From positions 18,969 to 82,968 of the forward strand of contig JBBAAN010000003.1 in NCBI GenBank assembly GCA_041658225.1: DNA of 64,000 nucleotides, read 5' to 3'. The notes below the pieces were generated by a model. That model was given only the letters and a program-made list of their open reading frames with translations. It was not told where the DNA came from and ran no database searches. Shown here piece by piece: positions 8,797-19,350 of the stretch (within the stretch, counting starts at the first letter, position 1; each line of letters begins with the position of its first letter). The translations under genes were made by a program, and so were the position numbers. Source of the DNA: Actinomycetota bacterium (lineage in GTDB: Bacteria > Actinomycetota > CALGFH01 > JBBAAN01).

Positions 8797-10221
8797 CTAG
8801 CTCGCACCGGCCCTGCGAGTCCGGATGGCGAGCATCGCCGCGATCCCGATCATCACGAGGGTAAGCGGGGGCGCCGAGCCCGCGCCCGTAGCCGGCAGCG
8901 CCGTTCGCTTGCCGAGAACGCTCGACGGGGAAGGGGTGGCTTTCGTCCCGGCAGCGGTCGGTGCGCATGTGGTCGGAGCCGGACTGCCGGCGAAGCGGTC
9001 GTTCGCATATGCCAGCGCGCGGGGGATGAACCCTAGGATCGCCGCTTCAGTATGGTCGCCGAGCGGTCCCTGGTACTCAATCGGATCTCGGTAGTAGTCG
9101 AGCTGAGTTCCGCCCTCGCAGTAGCGCGCGGCGAGCTTGTCCGAGTCGCTCAGTGAGATCAGTTCGTCGTGCTGAGACACATAGAGAAACGTCGGCATGA
9201 TCGGGGCCGAGCTACCGAGTGCGTTGGCGGCGATCTCACGCGCGATGCGGGGCACGCCAAGTGGATCAGGGACCGTGGTCCAGTCCGCGATATGGTCCTG
9301 CCCGGATACGACCGGCGTGACACAGCCGGGTCCCTTCTCCATGCGAGCAGCGACGCTCCGGCCATAGTCATTGAGTAGCGAGGACCAACCAAGCGACGGG
9401 TAGGCGCGCTCCAGCGCGATCATCGCTCCCATCACCACACCCGAGCCCTCTCTCCCGTCGAAGTAGCGAAACGTCTCATCGTCGCCGGCCGGCGTCCCTC
9501 CGGCGGCCGCCCCAACAATCTTCAGTTCCGGCGCGTAGGTGTGCTGGAGTTCGGCGGCGGCCATCGTCTCGTGACCACCTCCGGAGTACCCGATCAGAAC
9601 GACCGGGGTGCGCACACCGTCGAGTTGCGCGGCCGGGAACCGTTCGGCGGCTCGGATCGAGTCGAGGATGGCGAAGGCCTCCATGCGCGTTACTAGAAAC
9701 TCTGATTGCGGGCCGTAGGGATCGGGGATCAACAGCGTGCGTCCCGCGGCAATCTGAGTGGGCGCCGCTGCGGTGAACTCCGCCAGCATGTCGGCGTTAT
9801 CCTGCTCGCCGACCTGCAACTGATACGAGGGGGCGCAGTTCGTCGTGAGGCTGTCCTCGGCGTCCTGGAGCGAGACCAGTTCGCGCCCGCCACTCAGCTT
9901 GGGGGCGATCGGCACAAGGAGCGTCGTCACGTTGGCGATCGGTCGGCTCTCGGGGTCGTTGGTCCGATACAGGAGCTGGTAGGACTTGGCGCCGAGCACC
10001 GACGTCGGCAGCGGCCCGAGCGAGGTCTCGACTTCCCGCGAGCGAATGATCGCTCCGGGAGCGTAGGACGCCAGCGAAGCCGGTGGCCGGTAGAACGGAT
10101 CGGCGTCCGGCATCAAGGGAGCCGCTTCAGCCGCGCCCGACAGCACCATCACCATCAGCGCCAACACAAGCCCGGCGATGAGCGCCTTGGCGCCGATGAC
10201 CGCAAGGAAGCCTCTCTTCAT
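8797..10221 (-). CDS. Secretory lipase (LIP family) with signal peptide and C-terminal LPATG sortase-anchoring signal
   Basis: The ORF-track ORF has a long spurious N-extension. A likely start is MKRGFLAVIGAKALIAGLVLALMVMVLSGAAEA at 10221, with a GAGAGG RBS. GYSGGG nucleophile elbow. C-terminus ends LPATG, then hydrophobic stretch, then RTRRAGAS. Confidence 0.8.
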   Translation of the reverse strand: MKRGFLAVIGAKALIAGLVLALMVMVLSGAAEAAPLMPDADPFYRPPASLASYAPGAIIRSREVETSLGPLPTSVLGAKSYQLLYRTNDPESRPIANVTTLLVPIAPKLSGGRELVSLQDAEDSLTTNCAPSYQLQVGEQDNADMLAEFTAAAPTQIAAGRTLLIPDPYGPQSEFLVTRMEAFAILDSIRAAERFPAAQLDGVRTPVVLIGYSGGGHETMAAAELQHTYAPELKIVGAAAGGTPAGDDETFRYFDGREGSGVVMGAMIALERAYPSLGWSSLLNDYGRSVAARMEKGPGCVTPVVSGQDHIADWTTVPDPLGVPRIAREIAANALGSSAPIMPTFLYVSQHDELISLSDSDKLAARYCEGGTQLDYYRDPIEYQGPLGDHTEAAILGFIPRALAYANDRFAGSPAPTTCAPTAAGTKATPSPSSVLGKRTALPATGAGSAPPLTLVMIGIAAMLAIRTRRAGAS

Positions 10222-10487
10222 CGCGCCACATCCTCTCGGGTCAGCCAGAGCGCGGGTCCGTACAGAGCGCATGGCTCCCGCGAGTCGATTCGGTCGCCTT
10301 GCCCACCGATGCACCCCCCTTCGCTCCCTTCTCTTGGCGGCGATTATGCACTCTCGGGTCCTCAGTTGTCGGCCGATCTGCCGTAGCGCTCCCCAATACC
10401 TCGGATGACGCATGAGCTTCCCCCGGCGAACGAGTCCGCGCGTGCTCTTGGACGGCCCCGCCGCCTGCGCCAGCCCTGCAACCGGCC

Positions 10488-10847
10488 CTACGTCACGACC
10501 AACGTGTAGGCGCGCTCACCCGTTTGCCCGGAGACGTTCGTGCCCAGACACCACGCGGCCACGGTGAACGCGTATCGTCCGGCGGCCCTGGGCGTTCCGC
10601 TGAGGGTCGCAGCGTTGTCGCCCCGTTGGTACGCCAGCGTCAGTCCCAAAGGCAGCTTCCCCTCGGCGACATAGATGGAGCCGACGGGAGTCTGGTTCTT
10701 GGAGACGACCAGGCTGACCTCGTAGGGTTGCCCAGCCTGGGCCGCTGGAAGTCGAGCAGGAGAGAACGCGAGCCTCGGTCGCGCATGGCACGCCGGAACC
10801 GATAGCCCCAGGACAACGATGACCACCATGAGTGTGTAGCGCCGCAT
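10488..10847 (-). CDS. Small secreted protein (signal peptide; putative Ig-like beta-sandwich) immediately downstream of the S8 peptidase
   Basis: MRRYTLMVVIVVLGLSVPACHA signal peptide; 119 aa; no recognizable catalytic motifs. Confidence 0.45.
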   Translation of the reverse strand: MRRYTLMVVIVVLGLSVPACHARPRLAFSPARLPAAQAGQPYEVSLVVSKNQTPVGSIYVAEGKLPLGLTLAYQRGDNAATLSGTPRAAGRYAFTVAAWCLGTNVSGQTGERAYTLVVT

Positions 10848-10883
10848 CCGGGAAGCTCCTCGCAGGCGTGGTTCCCTCCGCGA

Positions 10884-13800
10884 TCAGGCGGGCGGAGTGT
10901 TGGCAGGGGGATCCTTTGGATGGATGTTGAGGGCCACCGGACCGTCGATAGCGGCCTGGGACCCGTTGATCACAAGCCGGGCGTAGAGGTCGTACAGGTC
11001 CTTCTCCAATCCCCCGATGGTCAACTGCGCGGTCCATGAGGACCAGTCGCCGCCAGCGCTCGTGTCCACGGCCGCGACCCATGCCCCCTCGGCTGGTAGC
11101 TGACCGGCCGGCACGAGCTGGACCTGGACTTGCGGTCCCGTGGCGACCGTGCGCTTGACCACGATCGACACATGATCCGCGGGGCTCGTCTCGGCGCCGG
11201 CGACCGCGCGTGCGTAGACGGTGTGCCCACCATCGGCGAGGGCCGTCATGTCCAGCGTGGCCCCCCAGACTCCTTCCGCACCCAGGCTGGCGGGCACGGG
11301 TGAGGCGAAGTCGGCATCATCCAGGCTGACCTCCACCCTCTGGTCGCCACCCCCACCGGCGGCAAGAGGCAGGTCCACATAGCTGGCGGGGCTGTCCAAC
11401 TCGGTCCAGGTGAGCGCCTGGCTGTTCTCCACGACGACGGTCAAGCTCACGTCGGCCAGTGACACACCGGCGTATTGATCCCCCACGGGGAAGGAGAAAG
11501 CAAAGGGCGTTGGACCGACCAGGCCGAGAGCGTTGACAACCGCCCCCGCAACGCGCTGGCTTCCTATCACCTGAGGCATGCCGGACTTCATGGTGGTCAG
11601 CTTCACGGTGATCTCGTGCAGCGGCGACGCACCATCGGTGTCCACGTACACGACGCCGCTGACCGGAGTCCCGCCCCCCAGGGTCATCGGGAGCGCGCCG
11701 GGCTCGGCCGGGTACTCGTCGGCGAACTCCACGACCCCCGCGCCAGCAAGGGGCTGGGCCAGGTTGGTGCAGCCATTCCCACCGTCAACGCCGTCTTCAC
11801 GGCTCAGCCGCAGATTGTCGTTAGTTTCGCCGCACCCTTCCCGCCGAAGGAAGAACTTCTGGGGCTGCCCGACGGGTTCTCCGAAGCCGGCGACCCCGGT
11901 CACGGGCAAGGTCGGCGTCACGGACGGGTCGACGATGGTGCCGTCGGCCGGGCTGGCGATCGTGGCGCTGAGATCTCCCCCGCCGCCTCCCCCGCCGCCC
12001 GTCGTCGCGATCGTGAAGAAGCTGGCATGCGGCTCTTCGTAGCCGAAGTACCAGGTGGCCGTTGTATCCAGCGCAAGAGACAGGGTCAGGGTCTCGCCCA
12101 CCGCGACCGGCTGCTCGGTGGTGAATTGGAACGGCAGGGCGGTCGCTCCTTCCTCGGTGAGCAAGATGTCTCCGACTCCGGCGCCAAGGACCATCTCGGA
12201 ACTGCCCTGGCCCACGAGGCGACCGCCGGCCATAAGGGTGGCAGTCATGGTCAGCGGGGCCGGCGCGTCGGTCGCGACGTAGACCACACCGTCCACCTCG
12301 GTTCCCGAGGGAACGGTAACGGCCGAGGGCTGCGTGGAGGAGAACGACTCGACGTCCATGCCCACAAGACCCCCGGCGCCCGCGGCCCCGCACAAGTCGT
12401 CGTCGCCGGTCGAATTGGCCAGGTCCATGAACGGGCCCGGGGTGGCTCCATCGACGCACCCGCCCAGGTGATGCAGCCAGTAGGTCACGCCTGTCCCCTC
12501 GGCCTGCGCCTCGGCCGCTTCCGTCAGGGCGTTGGAGTAGAACGGCCCGAACGTCGCTTCGAGCATTCGGAGTGCGCTCGAGACGGTTCTCACCGCGGAG
12601 GGGCTCACCCCGGCAAGGGGGTTGGCTCCGAGGCTCCCCATGGCGCCCTGCGGCGCGGCGGAGTTCGTGCCCCCGCCGTTCCAGTCGCCCCAAAGGGCGT
12701 CTCTCAACGACTCGTCGGCCGTGAAGAACTGGTCCTCGTTGGGCCGTTCCGGCAGGGAAGCCTGGCCCATCAGAACCTTGAGCGCCCGAGCGCCCGAGTC
12801 GGGCTCGACGATGCCGTATCCCTCCATCAAGTACTGGGCGGGGTTGCTCGGTGTCGTCGTGGGGTAGATGGCGAAGTCACTGTTCGTGTCGTGCTCGGCC
12901 GTCTTGAACACGGCTTCGGTGAGTTCCGCTCGCGTGAGAACCCCGTCGGACAGATAGGGACTCGATGCAACCGGCTTGCCGGTCGCGATGACTCCGTCGG
13001 TCAGGTTCCCAGGTGTGTGATCTCCGGCCAGGCCATCACCGAGCGCCTCGCGAACGGCGCCGAGCACGGTCCCGAACACCCCGGCCGAATACGGCGTGGC
13101 GGCCGACGTTCCACCGAAGTTCTGCGTGCCCGTCTCGCTATCGTATGCGGCGGCGGGTATGAGGCCGCTGCCCCACGAGGTGATGTCCACGGGCTTGCCC
13201 GTACCCACGATCGGCTTCCTCGAGGAGCGCTCCGCGGCCCCAACGCGCACGACCCACTCGGGGCCGAGCTCCTCAGACGCGTATGTCTGCTCGGTCACCA
13301 CAAAAGCGTTCTCGACCCCGTTTCCGGCGGCGTAGAGACCCAACTGCCCGCGTTCGGCCGACGCCTTCGGCTGGGCGGCGTCCCAAAGCAGGCCGAAAGT
13401 GCCCACGTTCCCGATCTTCCCGTAGGAGTTCGACACGATGTCGATCCAGGGCTGACGGTAGGGCCAACCGGCGTCGCCATTGATGTCCTCGTTGAAGACA
13501 AGCAGGCAAGTTGGGCAGAACCCGAACGTGTTGCCGACGGCGACGCTCGTGGCGCCGGTGCCGTGGGAGTTGTCGTCGATTATGGGTCTGGTGTCGGCCA
13601 CGAGCTGCTCGCCGGTATCGCCGTTATCGATGGCGCCGATGATCTTCGTGCCGGGTATCCAGAAGAGCTTGCCCAAGGGGATCTTGTCGTGATTCCAGAG
13701 ACCCGCATCCTCCGCGGGCACGTATCCCTTACCCAGGGTCACGGGAAGAGCCGGGGTGTCGGCCGGGTAGCCGGGGATGTACTCGCTCGGGTGGCGGGTG

Positions 13801-15107
13801 AAGTTCTGAGTCAGTTCCAGAACGCGAGGGTCGGGGTAGGTCGCCGCCGAGTACTCCCGATGGTAGGGGTTGACCCCGGAGTCCGTCACGCCAATGACCA
13901 CCAGGGGCGTGAATCCCGCGGTCGAACCCGGCTCCACCACCCGCACGGCAGTGGTCTCCCTCGCCTCGTAGCCCGCCGCGTCCGTCGCTTTGAAAGTCAC
14001 GAAGTAGCTGCCCACCGGGAAGTGGGTTTCGGCCTGAGTCCCGGGAGTCTCGAAGACCCCATCGGAATCCAGGTCCCACGCTCCGGCAACAGGTGCCGTT
14101 CCACCATTCACGGACGCGGACAAGCGCTGAGCCTGGCCGACCTCGTAGCGGAACGGCCCTTCGGTACTCACAGCGGGAACGGGGTTGGTGGGCTTGCTCT
14201 TGGCGGTGACCGTCAGGTGGTAGGTGTCGCCCGTGCTGAGATACGCCTTGACCACCGCGGCCCAAGCCCCCGAAGCCGGATCCTTGATCGTCATGTGTTC
14301 CGGCATCCGACTCGATGCCCCGTCGGCATCCGCGTCGTGGGCGTCGGAGGGGTCATCCACATACATGTCGAAGTCGTTGACGCCTGCCAGCGGCGACTCA
14401 TCCAGTGTGCCTTGCCCAACACCGGTGTAGGTCCCCCACTCCAGGTTGAGATCGAGCTGGAAGATCTCCTCGGAGACGGCGAATTCGAACCTCCGCGGAG
14501 GCAGGCCATCCGCCTCACCGCCGTTTCCGACCAATTCATCGGGAAGGGCGGCTCCCGTGCTCACCCGCTCATCGAGCAGCAAGAGATCCTGCACTTTGTA
14601 CAGGAACAGCCGGACGGTGTCGGTCGCCACAACTCCCCTGGCGTCGGTGACCGACAACGAAACCGTGAGCGGGCCGGGATTCAGCCCGGAAGTATCCAGG
14701 GTGCTCGTCTGAGAGTCCGGCTGCGCGAAGCGGCTGCTCGAGCCCCCCACCGACCAGGAGAACTCGTAGCCGGCTCGGCCGCCGAAAGCCAGGCCCGACA
14801 CGGTTGCCGTCTTTCCGATCTCCGCGTAGGACGAGTCACCGGCATCCGCGATAAGGGCCGGTGACGCCTGGGCCTGCCCCGACACGACCAGCGTGGCGCC
14901 CCTCACCTTGAGGGGCTTGCCCGACTCCCCCGCGGCAACCGTGTGGCCGTTCACGCCGGTGATCTTGACGGACAGCCCTCCCGCGCCCGCGGGCGCCGCC
15001 AGAAGTAGGACGGCGAGCAACCCGGCAATGCCGAGGCGCATCTGACGTCCAGCCATTCGAAGATGAGTAGATGCGGCCGACACAGCTGTTGAAGTGCTGG
15101 TTTTCAT
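10884..15107 (-). CDS. Large secreted subtilisin-like serine peptidase (S8 family) with extra beta-sandwich domains and a poly-Gly linker
   Basis: Asp/His/Ser motifs GVTDSGVN, DDNSHGTGATSVAVG, GGTSAATPYSAGVFG. The signal peptide MKTSTS...MRLGIAGLLAVLLLAAPAGA is preceded by a GGAAGGA RBS. GGGGGGGG stretch. The 1129-aa plus-strand ORF inside is antisense noise. Confidence 0.85.
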   Translation of the reverse strand: MKTSTSTAVSAASTHLRMAGRQMRLGIAGLLAVLLLAAPAGAGGLSVKITGVNGHTVAAGESGKPLKVRGATLVVSGQAQASPALIADAGDSSYAEIGKTATVSGLAFGGRAGYEFSWSVGGSSSRFAQPDSQTSTLDTSGLNPGPLTVSLSVTDARGVVATDTVRLFLYKVQDLLLLDERVSTGAALPDELVGNGGEADGLPPRRFEFAVSEEIFQLDLNLEWGTYTGVGQGTLDESPLAGVNDFDMYVDDPSDAHDADADGASSRMPEHMTIKDPASGAWAAVVKAYLSTGDTYHLTVTAKSKPTNPVPAVSTEGPFRYEVGQAQRLSASVNGGTAPVAGAWDLDSDGVFETPGTQAETHFPVGSYFVTFKATDAAGYEARETTAVRVVEPGSTAGFTPLVVIGVTDSGVNPYHREYSAATYPDPRVLELTQNFTRHPSEYIPGYPADTPALPVTLGKGYVPAEDAGLWNHDKIPLGKLFWIPGTKIIGAIDNGDTGEQLVADTRPIIDDNSHGTGATSVAVGNTFGFCPTCLLVFNEDINGDAGWPYRQPWIDIVSNSYGKIGNVGTFGLLWDAAQPKASAERGQLGLYAAGNGVENAFVVTEQTYASEELGPEWVVRVGAAERSSRKPIVGTGKPVDITSWGSGLIPAAAYDSETGTQNFGGTSAATPYSAGVFGTVLGAVREALGDGLAGDHTPGNLTDGVIATGKPVASSPYLSDGVLTRAELTEAVFKTAEHDTNSDFAIYPTTTPSNPAQYLMEGYGIVEPDSGARALKVLMGQASLPERPNEDQFFTADESLRDALWGDWNGGGTNSAAPQGAMGSLGANPLAGVSPSAVRTVSSALRMLEATFGPFYSNALTEAAEAQAEGTGVTYWLHHLGGCVDGATPGPFMDLANSTGDDDLCGAAGAGGLVGMDVESFSSTQPSAVTVPSGTEVDGVVYVATDAPAPLTMTATLMAGGRLVGQGSSEMVLGAGVGDILLTEEGATALPFQFTTEQPVAVGETLTLSLALDTTATWYFGYEEPHASFFTIATTGGGGGGGGDLSATIASPADGTIVDPSVTPTLPVTGVAGFGEPVGQPQKFFLRREGCGETNDNLRLSREDGVDGGNGCTNLAQPLAGAGVVEFADEYPAEPGALPMTLGGGTPVSGVVYVDTDGASPLHEITVKLTTMKSGMPQVIGSQRVAGAVVNALGLVGPTPFAFSFPVGDQYAGVSLADVSLTVVVENSQALTWTELDSPASYVDLPLAAGGGGDQRVEVSLDDADFASPVPASLGAEGVWGATLDMTALADGGHTVYARAVAGAETSPADHVSIVVKRTVATGPQVQVQLVPAGQLPAEGAWVAAVDTSAGGDWSSWTAQLTIGGLEKDLYDLYARLVINGSQAAIDGPVALNIHPKDPPANTPPA

Positions 15108-15255
15108 CCCCCGTCCTTCCGTTCGGCGCGACGAGTCCGCCTCGATGAGCGGCATGTACGCGGCTCTGGAATCCCCCCTGACCCGGCCAGACCGGCGTCT
15201 GGCATTCAGGCCAGACGCCAATGGAACTAGATGACAGGGCGCACGTCAAACGCGG

Positions 15256-17175
15256 CTAGGATACAGCTGGCTTTCTCGGGTGCCGCATGACTGCCCGTGA
15301 CCGGCGCGCGCGAGTCGCGAACACCGCCCAGGCCGCCGACGCCACGAGGCCCAGACCAACGGGGGTTGTCGACCCACCCGTGGCGGGCAGCCGGCGCCCC
15401 GTCCCCCCAGCAACGACAGAAGGCGCCTGCCCGCCCGCCGTCTCCTTCGACGCCGCTTCCGAGCGCGTCGGGAGTCTGAGGTCCACCGAGTCGAGAACCG
15501 CGGTGGACGGCATGTTGTCCGGCCGCCACATCGGTGCGTCCGCGTTGGCCACGTCGAGCAGGAGCCTGTGCCCGGCCCCAAACGTGTAGTGGTTGCCCTG
15601 CAAGGCGATCGTCACGTCCATGGCCCCCGGGGAGCCCTGCCATCGGAAGACCCCGCGGTCGACCAGCACCAGAGACCCGTCGGGTGCTTCGTCCCAGATG
15701 CGGGCCGCGTAGATCGCATCGGTCCCCGCGACCGTGCCCGTCAGGTGCACACTGCCAAGTCCAAGCATCGTCATGCTCTCGGTGAGCGGGACCTCGAACC
15801 TCGCCGCCGAGCCGGGCACCGTCTCAGACGCCGTCGGCCCCACCACGCCACTCCCCAAGGCATAGGACAGTAGCGAATCCGAGGCGATGCCCCCGGGGTC
15901 CGGCACGTTCACCAGGACCGCCGGCCCCGCGAAGTGCTTCTCGATGACATCGGTGGACAGAGACTCCAGCGTGGGTCCCGATACCGCATGGTCGAACTCA
16001 TACGGCTTGCCGGGGGCGCGCACCGCGACCGAGGTCACATCGAAAGCCGGACGCCTGCCCGATCCGACCAGCCAGTAGGCGAACCACCGCCTGGCCACAT
16101 CAAACGTGTAGTCGACGGCCTCATCCGACATCACCCCTCTGGGATGGCCGAACTCGGACAACAGCATGGCAATGGGCCAATCCGGGTCGATACCTTTGAG
16201 CAGCCGGTGCATCCTGAGGCCTTCCTCCGGCGGGCAGATGTCGTCGTTCCAACCCTGGATGTTCAGGATGGGTATCCGCAGCGAAGGGTCGGTATGCAGC
16301 CGGGCGATCCAGTCCTTCTTGCGCGCGATCGAACGGTAGGCGAAGTTCTCGATGCCCTCCTTCACGATGGGGTCGTCCATCGTGTAGGGCTCTCCGGCCG
16401 TCAGCCGCGTCCACACCGTGGTGATCCAGTCTTCGTAGCGCATGTACGGCCGATCGGGACGCGTGCCCGTTACCGGCCCCCCTCCCCACAGCAGCCACAT
16501 GATCGAGAGCTTCATCGCACCGATGGGAGACATGGCGTCGGGCCGCCCGTTGGGGATGAAGGCACTCAAGATGTCGGTGGCGGGAATCACCGGCACGATG
16601 GTCAGAACCTTGACTCGCCTACCTTTCGGGGTTGTCCAGACCGGCTTCTCCATGGCGAGCCAACTGATGATCCCGCCTTGCGAAGTGCCCCAGAGACCGA
16701 CGCGCGAGGAGTCTATCGGGAGTCCGGAATCATCGACCACGTCGGATATCAGCGCCCTGAGGTCGGCGACCTCGTGGTCGGGATCCATGACGTGAACCCG
16801 CCCCCACGACTCCCCCCAACCCCGGACGGAGTAGCGCATCAACGCAATCCCGGCATCGGTGAACCGCCGATCCAGGTCGCGAGTCCAGGGGATGGCCGGG
16901 GTCCCGCCCACGACATCCTTGTTTGCACTCCATCCGTGGGTCCGCGCCAGGAGCGGCCAGGGCCCCCGACCGGACGGCAAGGAGAGACTGACGTCCAGCG
17001 CGACGCCGTCGGAGCCGGGAAGGAACCCGGTACAGATCGAGCCGGCGGAATCCTTGGAGCAGGCCAGGGGCGAGGTCGTGCCCATGGGCTCGGGCACTGC
17101 CGTCTGAGCCGTCGCCGCAACCGCGGGCGCGAGGACCAGAACCACAGCGACGAGAAGTGCCGCAGCGCGACGCAT
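15256..17175 (-). CDS. CocE/NonD-family (S15, X-Pro dipeptidyl-peptidase-like) alpha/beta hydrolase with signal peptide and C-terminal LPATG anchor
   Basis: MRRAAALLVAVVLVLAPAVAATA signal; WGTSQGG nucleophile elbow. C-terminus ends RLPATGGSTTPVGLGLVASAAWAVFATRARRSRA. Confidence 0.8.
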   Translation of the reverse strand: MRRAAALLVAVVLVLAPAVAATAQTAVPEPMGTTSPLACSKDSAGSICTGFLPGSDGVALDVSLSLPSGRGPWPLLARTHGWSANKDVVGGTPAIPWTRDLDRRFTDAGIALMRYSVRGWGESWGRVHVMDPDHEVADLRALISDVVDDSGLPIDSSRVGLWGTSQGGIISWLAMEKPVWTTPKGRRVKVLTIVPVIPATDILSAFIPNGRPDAMSPIGAMKLSIMWLLWGGGPVTGTRPDRPYMRYEDWITTVWTRLTAGEPYTMDDPIVKEGIENFAYRSIARKKDWIARLHTDPSLRIPILNIQGWNDDICPPEEGLRMHRLLKGIDPDWPIAMLLSEFGHPRGVMSDEAVDYTFDVARRWFAYWLVGSGRRPAFDVTSVAVRAPGKPYEFDHAVSGPTLESLSTDVIEKHFAGPAVLVNVPDPGGIASDSLLSYALGSGVVGPTASETVPGSAARFEVPLTESMTMLGLGSVHLTGTVAGTDAIYAARIWDEAPDGSLVLVDRGVFRWQGSPGAMDVTIALQGNHYTFGAGHRLLLDVANADAPMWRPDNMPSTAVLDSVDLRLPTRSEAASKETAGGQAPSVVAGGTGRRLPATGGSTTPVGLGLVASAAWAVFATRARRSRAVMRHPRKPAVS

Positions 17176-17388
17176 GCCTCCCCCCGAAAGCTCTCCAGCC
17201 GGCGGTCCTAGCCTTTCATCTCGCCGACCGGGCGATCATACCGCCGCGCCGTCCACGGAACGTTGCGACGCTCAAGGCTCACCAGGACGAGGCGACGACG
17301 AAGGACCACACCTCCGAGCCCGGGAGACCATGCCGCCCGTCCGTCCTCGGACGACCTCGAGACGCCCAACCGCAGAACATCAGGACTT

Positions 17389-19350
17389 CTAGCTGCGGGG
17401 CACGCCTCCGAGGCGCTCCACGATGCGCGAGGCCGTACGCGTGGCAAAAGCCATGATCGAGATCTGCGGGTTCACCCCGGTGCACGTCGGGAAGACGCTC
17501 CCGTCGGCCACGTACAGCCCGGGCACCTCGTGCGCCTCGCCCCAGGAATCCACCACACTGGTCTGCGGATCCGAGCCCATCCGCGCGGTGCCCATGGGGT
17601 GAAACGCCATGAGCTTGAACACCCCGGGTGAGAAGCGGGCTTCCCGCAGCGCCTGAAGATCCGCCTGTGACTTCACCGTCGGGAATCCGGGAAGGCCGGT
17701 CAGCACTTCCTTCGCCCCCGCGGCCAGGAAGATCTCCGCGATGATCCCCATGCCCTTGGCGGTGCGATCGGCGTCGTTGCGATTCAGCGAGTAGGAGATC
17801 AGCGGTCCGCCGATACCCCTGTGCACGGTGCCCTTGGAGGTGTCCGAGACCATCAGCCCGCACGAAGCGAGGTAGCGGTAGCGGGACAGGGCCTCCTTGT
17901 AGGCATGACCGACGCCCGGCATGATCCCCGAACTCACACCCGGGTAGCTGGATGTGACCTCGAGCATGATCTCGTCGCTCTCGGAAAACTCATCCACCAT
18001 GAACGGCTGAAGCGTTCCGCGCCAGGGGAATACGGGCTCGTCGAAAACCGCCCCGATTCCCGCGGCCGGGTGCATGCGCAGGTTCTTGCCCACCTGGCCC
18101 GACCCCAGCGCGAGCCTGCTCTGCTTGAGCAGCAAGGGAGTCATCGGAGCGCCGGCCGCCGCGACCACTGCCCTGGCGTGGACGGTCAGCTTGGCCTGCG
18201 GCTTGCCCGACTCGTCCAGCAGCCTGGCGACCACGCCGGTCGCCTGGCCCACCTCCTCGACTATCTGCTCCACGCGGGTCCGGCAGTAGATTACGGCCCC
18301 GGCCGCCTCCGCCAGCGGCAAGTAGGAGATGTTGGTCGACTGCTTGGCGTCCGATGGACAGCCGTAGGCGCACTCGCCGCAGCCCCGGCAGCCGATGATC
18401 CCTCGTGGGATCGGCCCACAGGAGTACCCGAGAGCCTTGGCGCCCACCTCGAAGCGGAGCGCGTTCTCGCCCAGAAGGTGACGCGGCGCGGGCTCTACGT
18501 GGCAGATCTCTTCCACCCGGTCAAAGAACGGCTTCATCGAAGCCGGGTCCGCGCCCTGAACTCCGCACTCCTTCCCCCAGTTGTCGAGCACGCGGTCGGG
18601 AGTGCGGAAGCAGGTGCCCGAGTTCACGGTCGTGGTTCCCCCGACGGTCTTGCCCAGAGGAACAGCGATGATCGGACGGCCGGCGGCCGCAGTAGTGCCG
18701 TTGCCGCGATAGAAGCGCCGGAAGCGCTCCCAGACCGGGCCCTCGAAATCGTCGCGGGTGAAGTAGTCGCCTTCCTCTATCACAAGCACCGACAACCCGG
18801 CCTCGGCGCATTCCTTGGCCACCGTCGCACCACCGGCGCCGGAGCCCACGATCACCACGTCGCACTGCTCGACGCAGTCGCGGGAGACCTCGGGGTAGGA
18901 GCGAGGGTGCAGACGCGGCGCCGAACGCGGCGGGTCATCGACCATGCAGTGACGGCCGTCCACGCCGATCGCCTTGCCCACCTCGGGGATGGAGCAGTAG
19001 CTGTTGCCAATCATGTACTTCAGCAGCATCACCAGGGCCCGGGTGGTCAGCAGCGGGCTGTGCTCGGCAGCCGTGAGGAATTCGGTGCGCTCCCGGGAGG
19101 TCAAGCGGGTGAAGAAGTCGAAGTACCGCGACCCGAAGGGCGCCGCTTCCAGAGCCAGGATCGCGCCCTGGACCTCAGCCCGCGTCGTTGGCTCGCAGGC
19201 GGCCAAGTAGGCGTCAACCTTCGCGGCGAGGTCCACGTCCTTCGCCCCCGGGGCGATCGCCCCCCCCGGCGGCAGCAGGGTTTCGCAGATCGCCTCGAGT
19301 GCCCGAAACGCCCGCGGCAACAGGGCCCTGGAACCGTTAGCCTTTCCCAT
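17389..19350 (-). CDS. GMC-family FAD oxidoreductase fused to an N-terminal gluconate-2-dehydrogenase-subunit-3-like domain
   Basis: VIVGSGAGGATVAKECAEAGLSVLVIEEG Rossmann motif and a GMC C-terminal region. The N-terminal ~150 aa resemble the small subunit of gluconate dehydrogenase. Confidence 0.8.
   Translation of the reverse strand: MGKANGSRALLPRAFRALEAICETLLPPGGAIAPGAKDVDLAAKVDAYLAACEPTTRAEVQGAILALEAAPFGSRYFDFFTRLTSRERTEFLTAAEHSPLLTTRALVMLLKYMIGNSYCSIPEVGKAIGVDGRHCMVDDPPRSAPRLHPRSYPEVSRDCVEQCDVVIVGSGAGGATVAKECAEAGLSVLVIEEGDYFTRDDFEGPVWERFRRFYRGNGTTAAAGRPIIAVPLGKTVGGTTTVNSGTCFRTPDRVLDNWGKECGVQGADPASMKPFFDRVEEICHVEPAPRHLLGENALRFEVGAKALGYSCGPIPRGIIGCRGCGECAYGCPSDAKQSTNISYLPLAEAAGAVIYCRTRVEQIVEEVGQATGVVARLLDESGKPQAKLTVHARAVVAAAGAPMTPLLLKQSRLALGSGQVGKNLRMHPAAGIGAVFDEPVFPWRGTLQPFMVDEFSESDEIMLEVTSSYPGVSSGIMPGVGHAYKEALSRYRYLASCGLMVSDTSKGTVHRGIGGPLISYSLNRNDADRTAKGMGIIAEIFLAAGAKEVLTGLPGFPTVKSQADLQALREARFSPGVFKLMAFHPMGTARMGSDPQTSVVDSWGEAHEVPGLYVADGSVFPTCTGVNPQISIMAFATRTASRIVERLGGVPRS

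Noticed and set aside
8797-10413. Long N-terminal extension of the lipase ORF (MRHPRYWG...)
   Set aside because: The extension is Arg-rich and runs into the upstream intergenic region. A canonical signal peptide with an RBS begins at 10221.
11475-14864. 1129-aa plus-strand ORF, and many other 100-400-aa Arg/Pro/Gly-rich ORFs throughout the track (e.g. 316..795, 3633..4880, 15934..17211, 17821..19422, 20283..21143, 45750..46736, 59114..60205)
   Set aside because: They lie antisense or out-of-frame to well-supported genes in 70%-GC DNA, where stop codons are rare. Composition is low-complexity (R, P, G, A) with no motifs and GC3 is not elevated. I treated them as noise.
17389-19350. Twin-arginine (Tat) export of the GMC oxidoreductase via its subunit-3-like N-domain
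   Set aside because: No RRxF[LI]K motif is visible in the first 40 residues.
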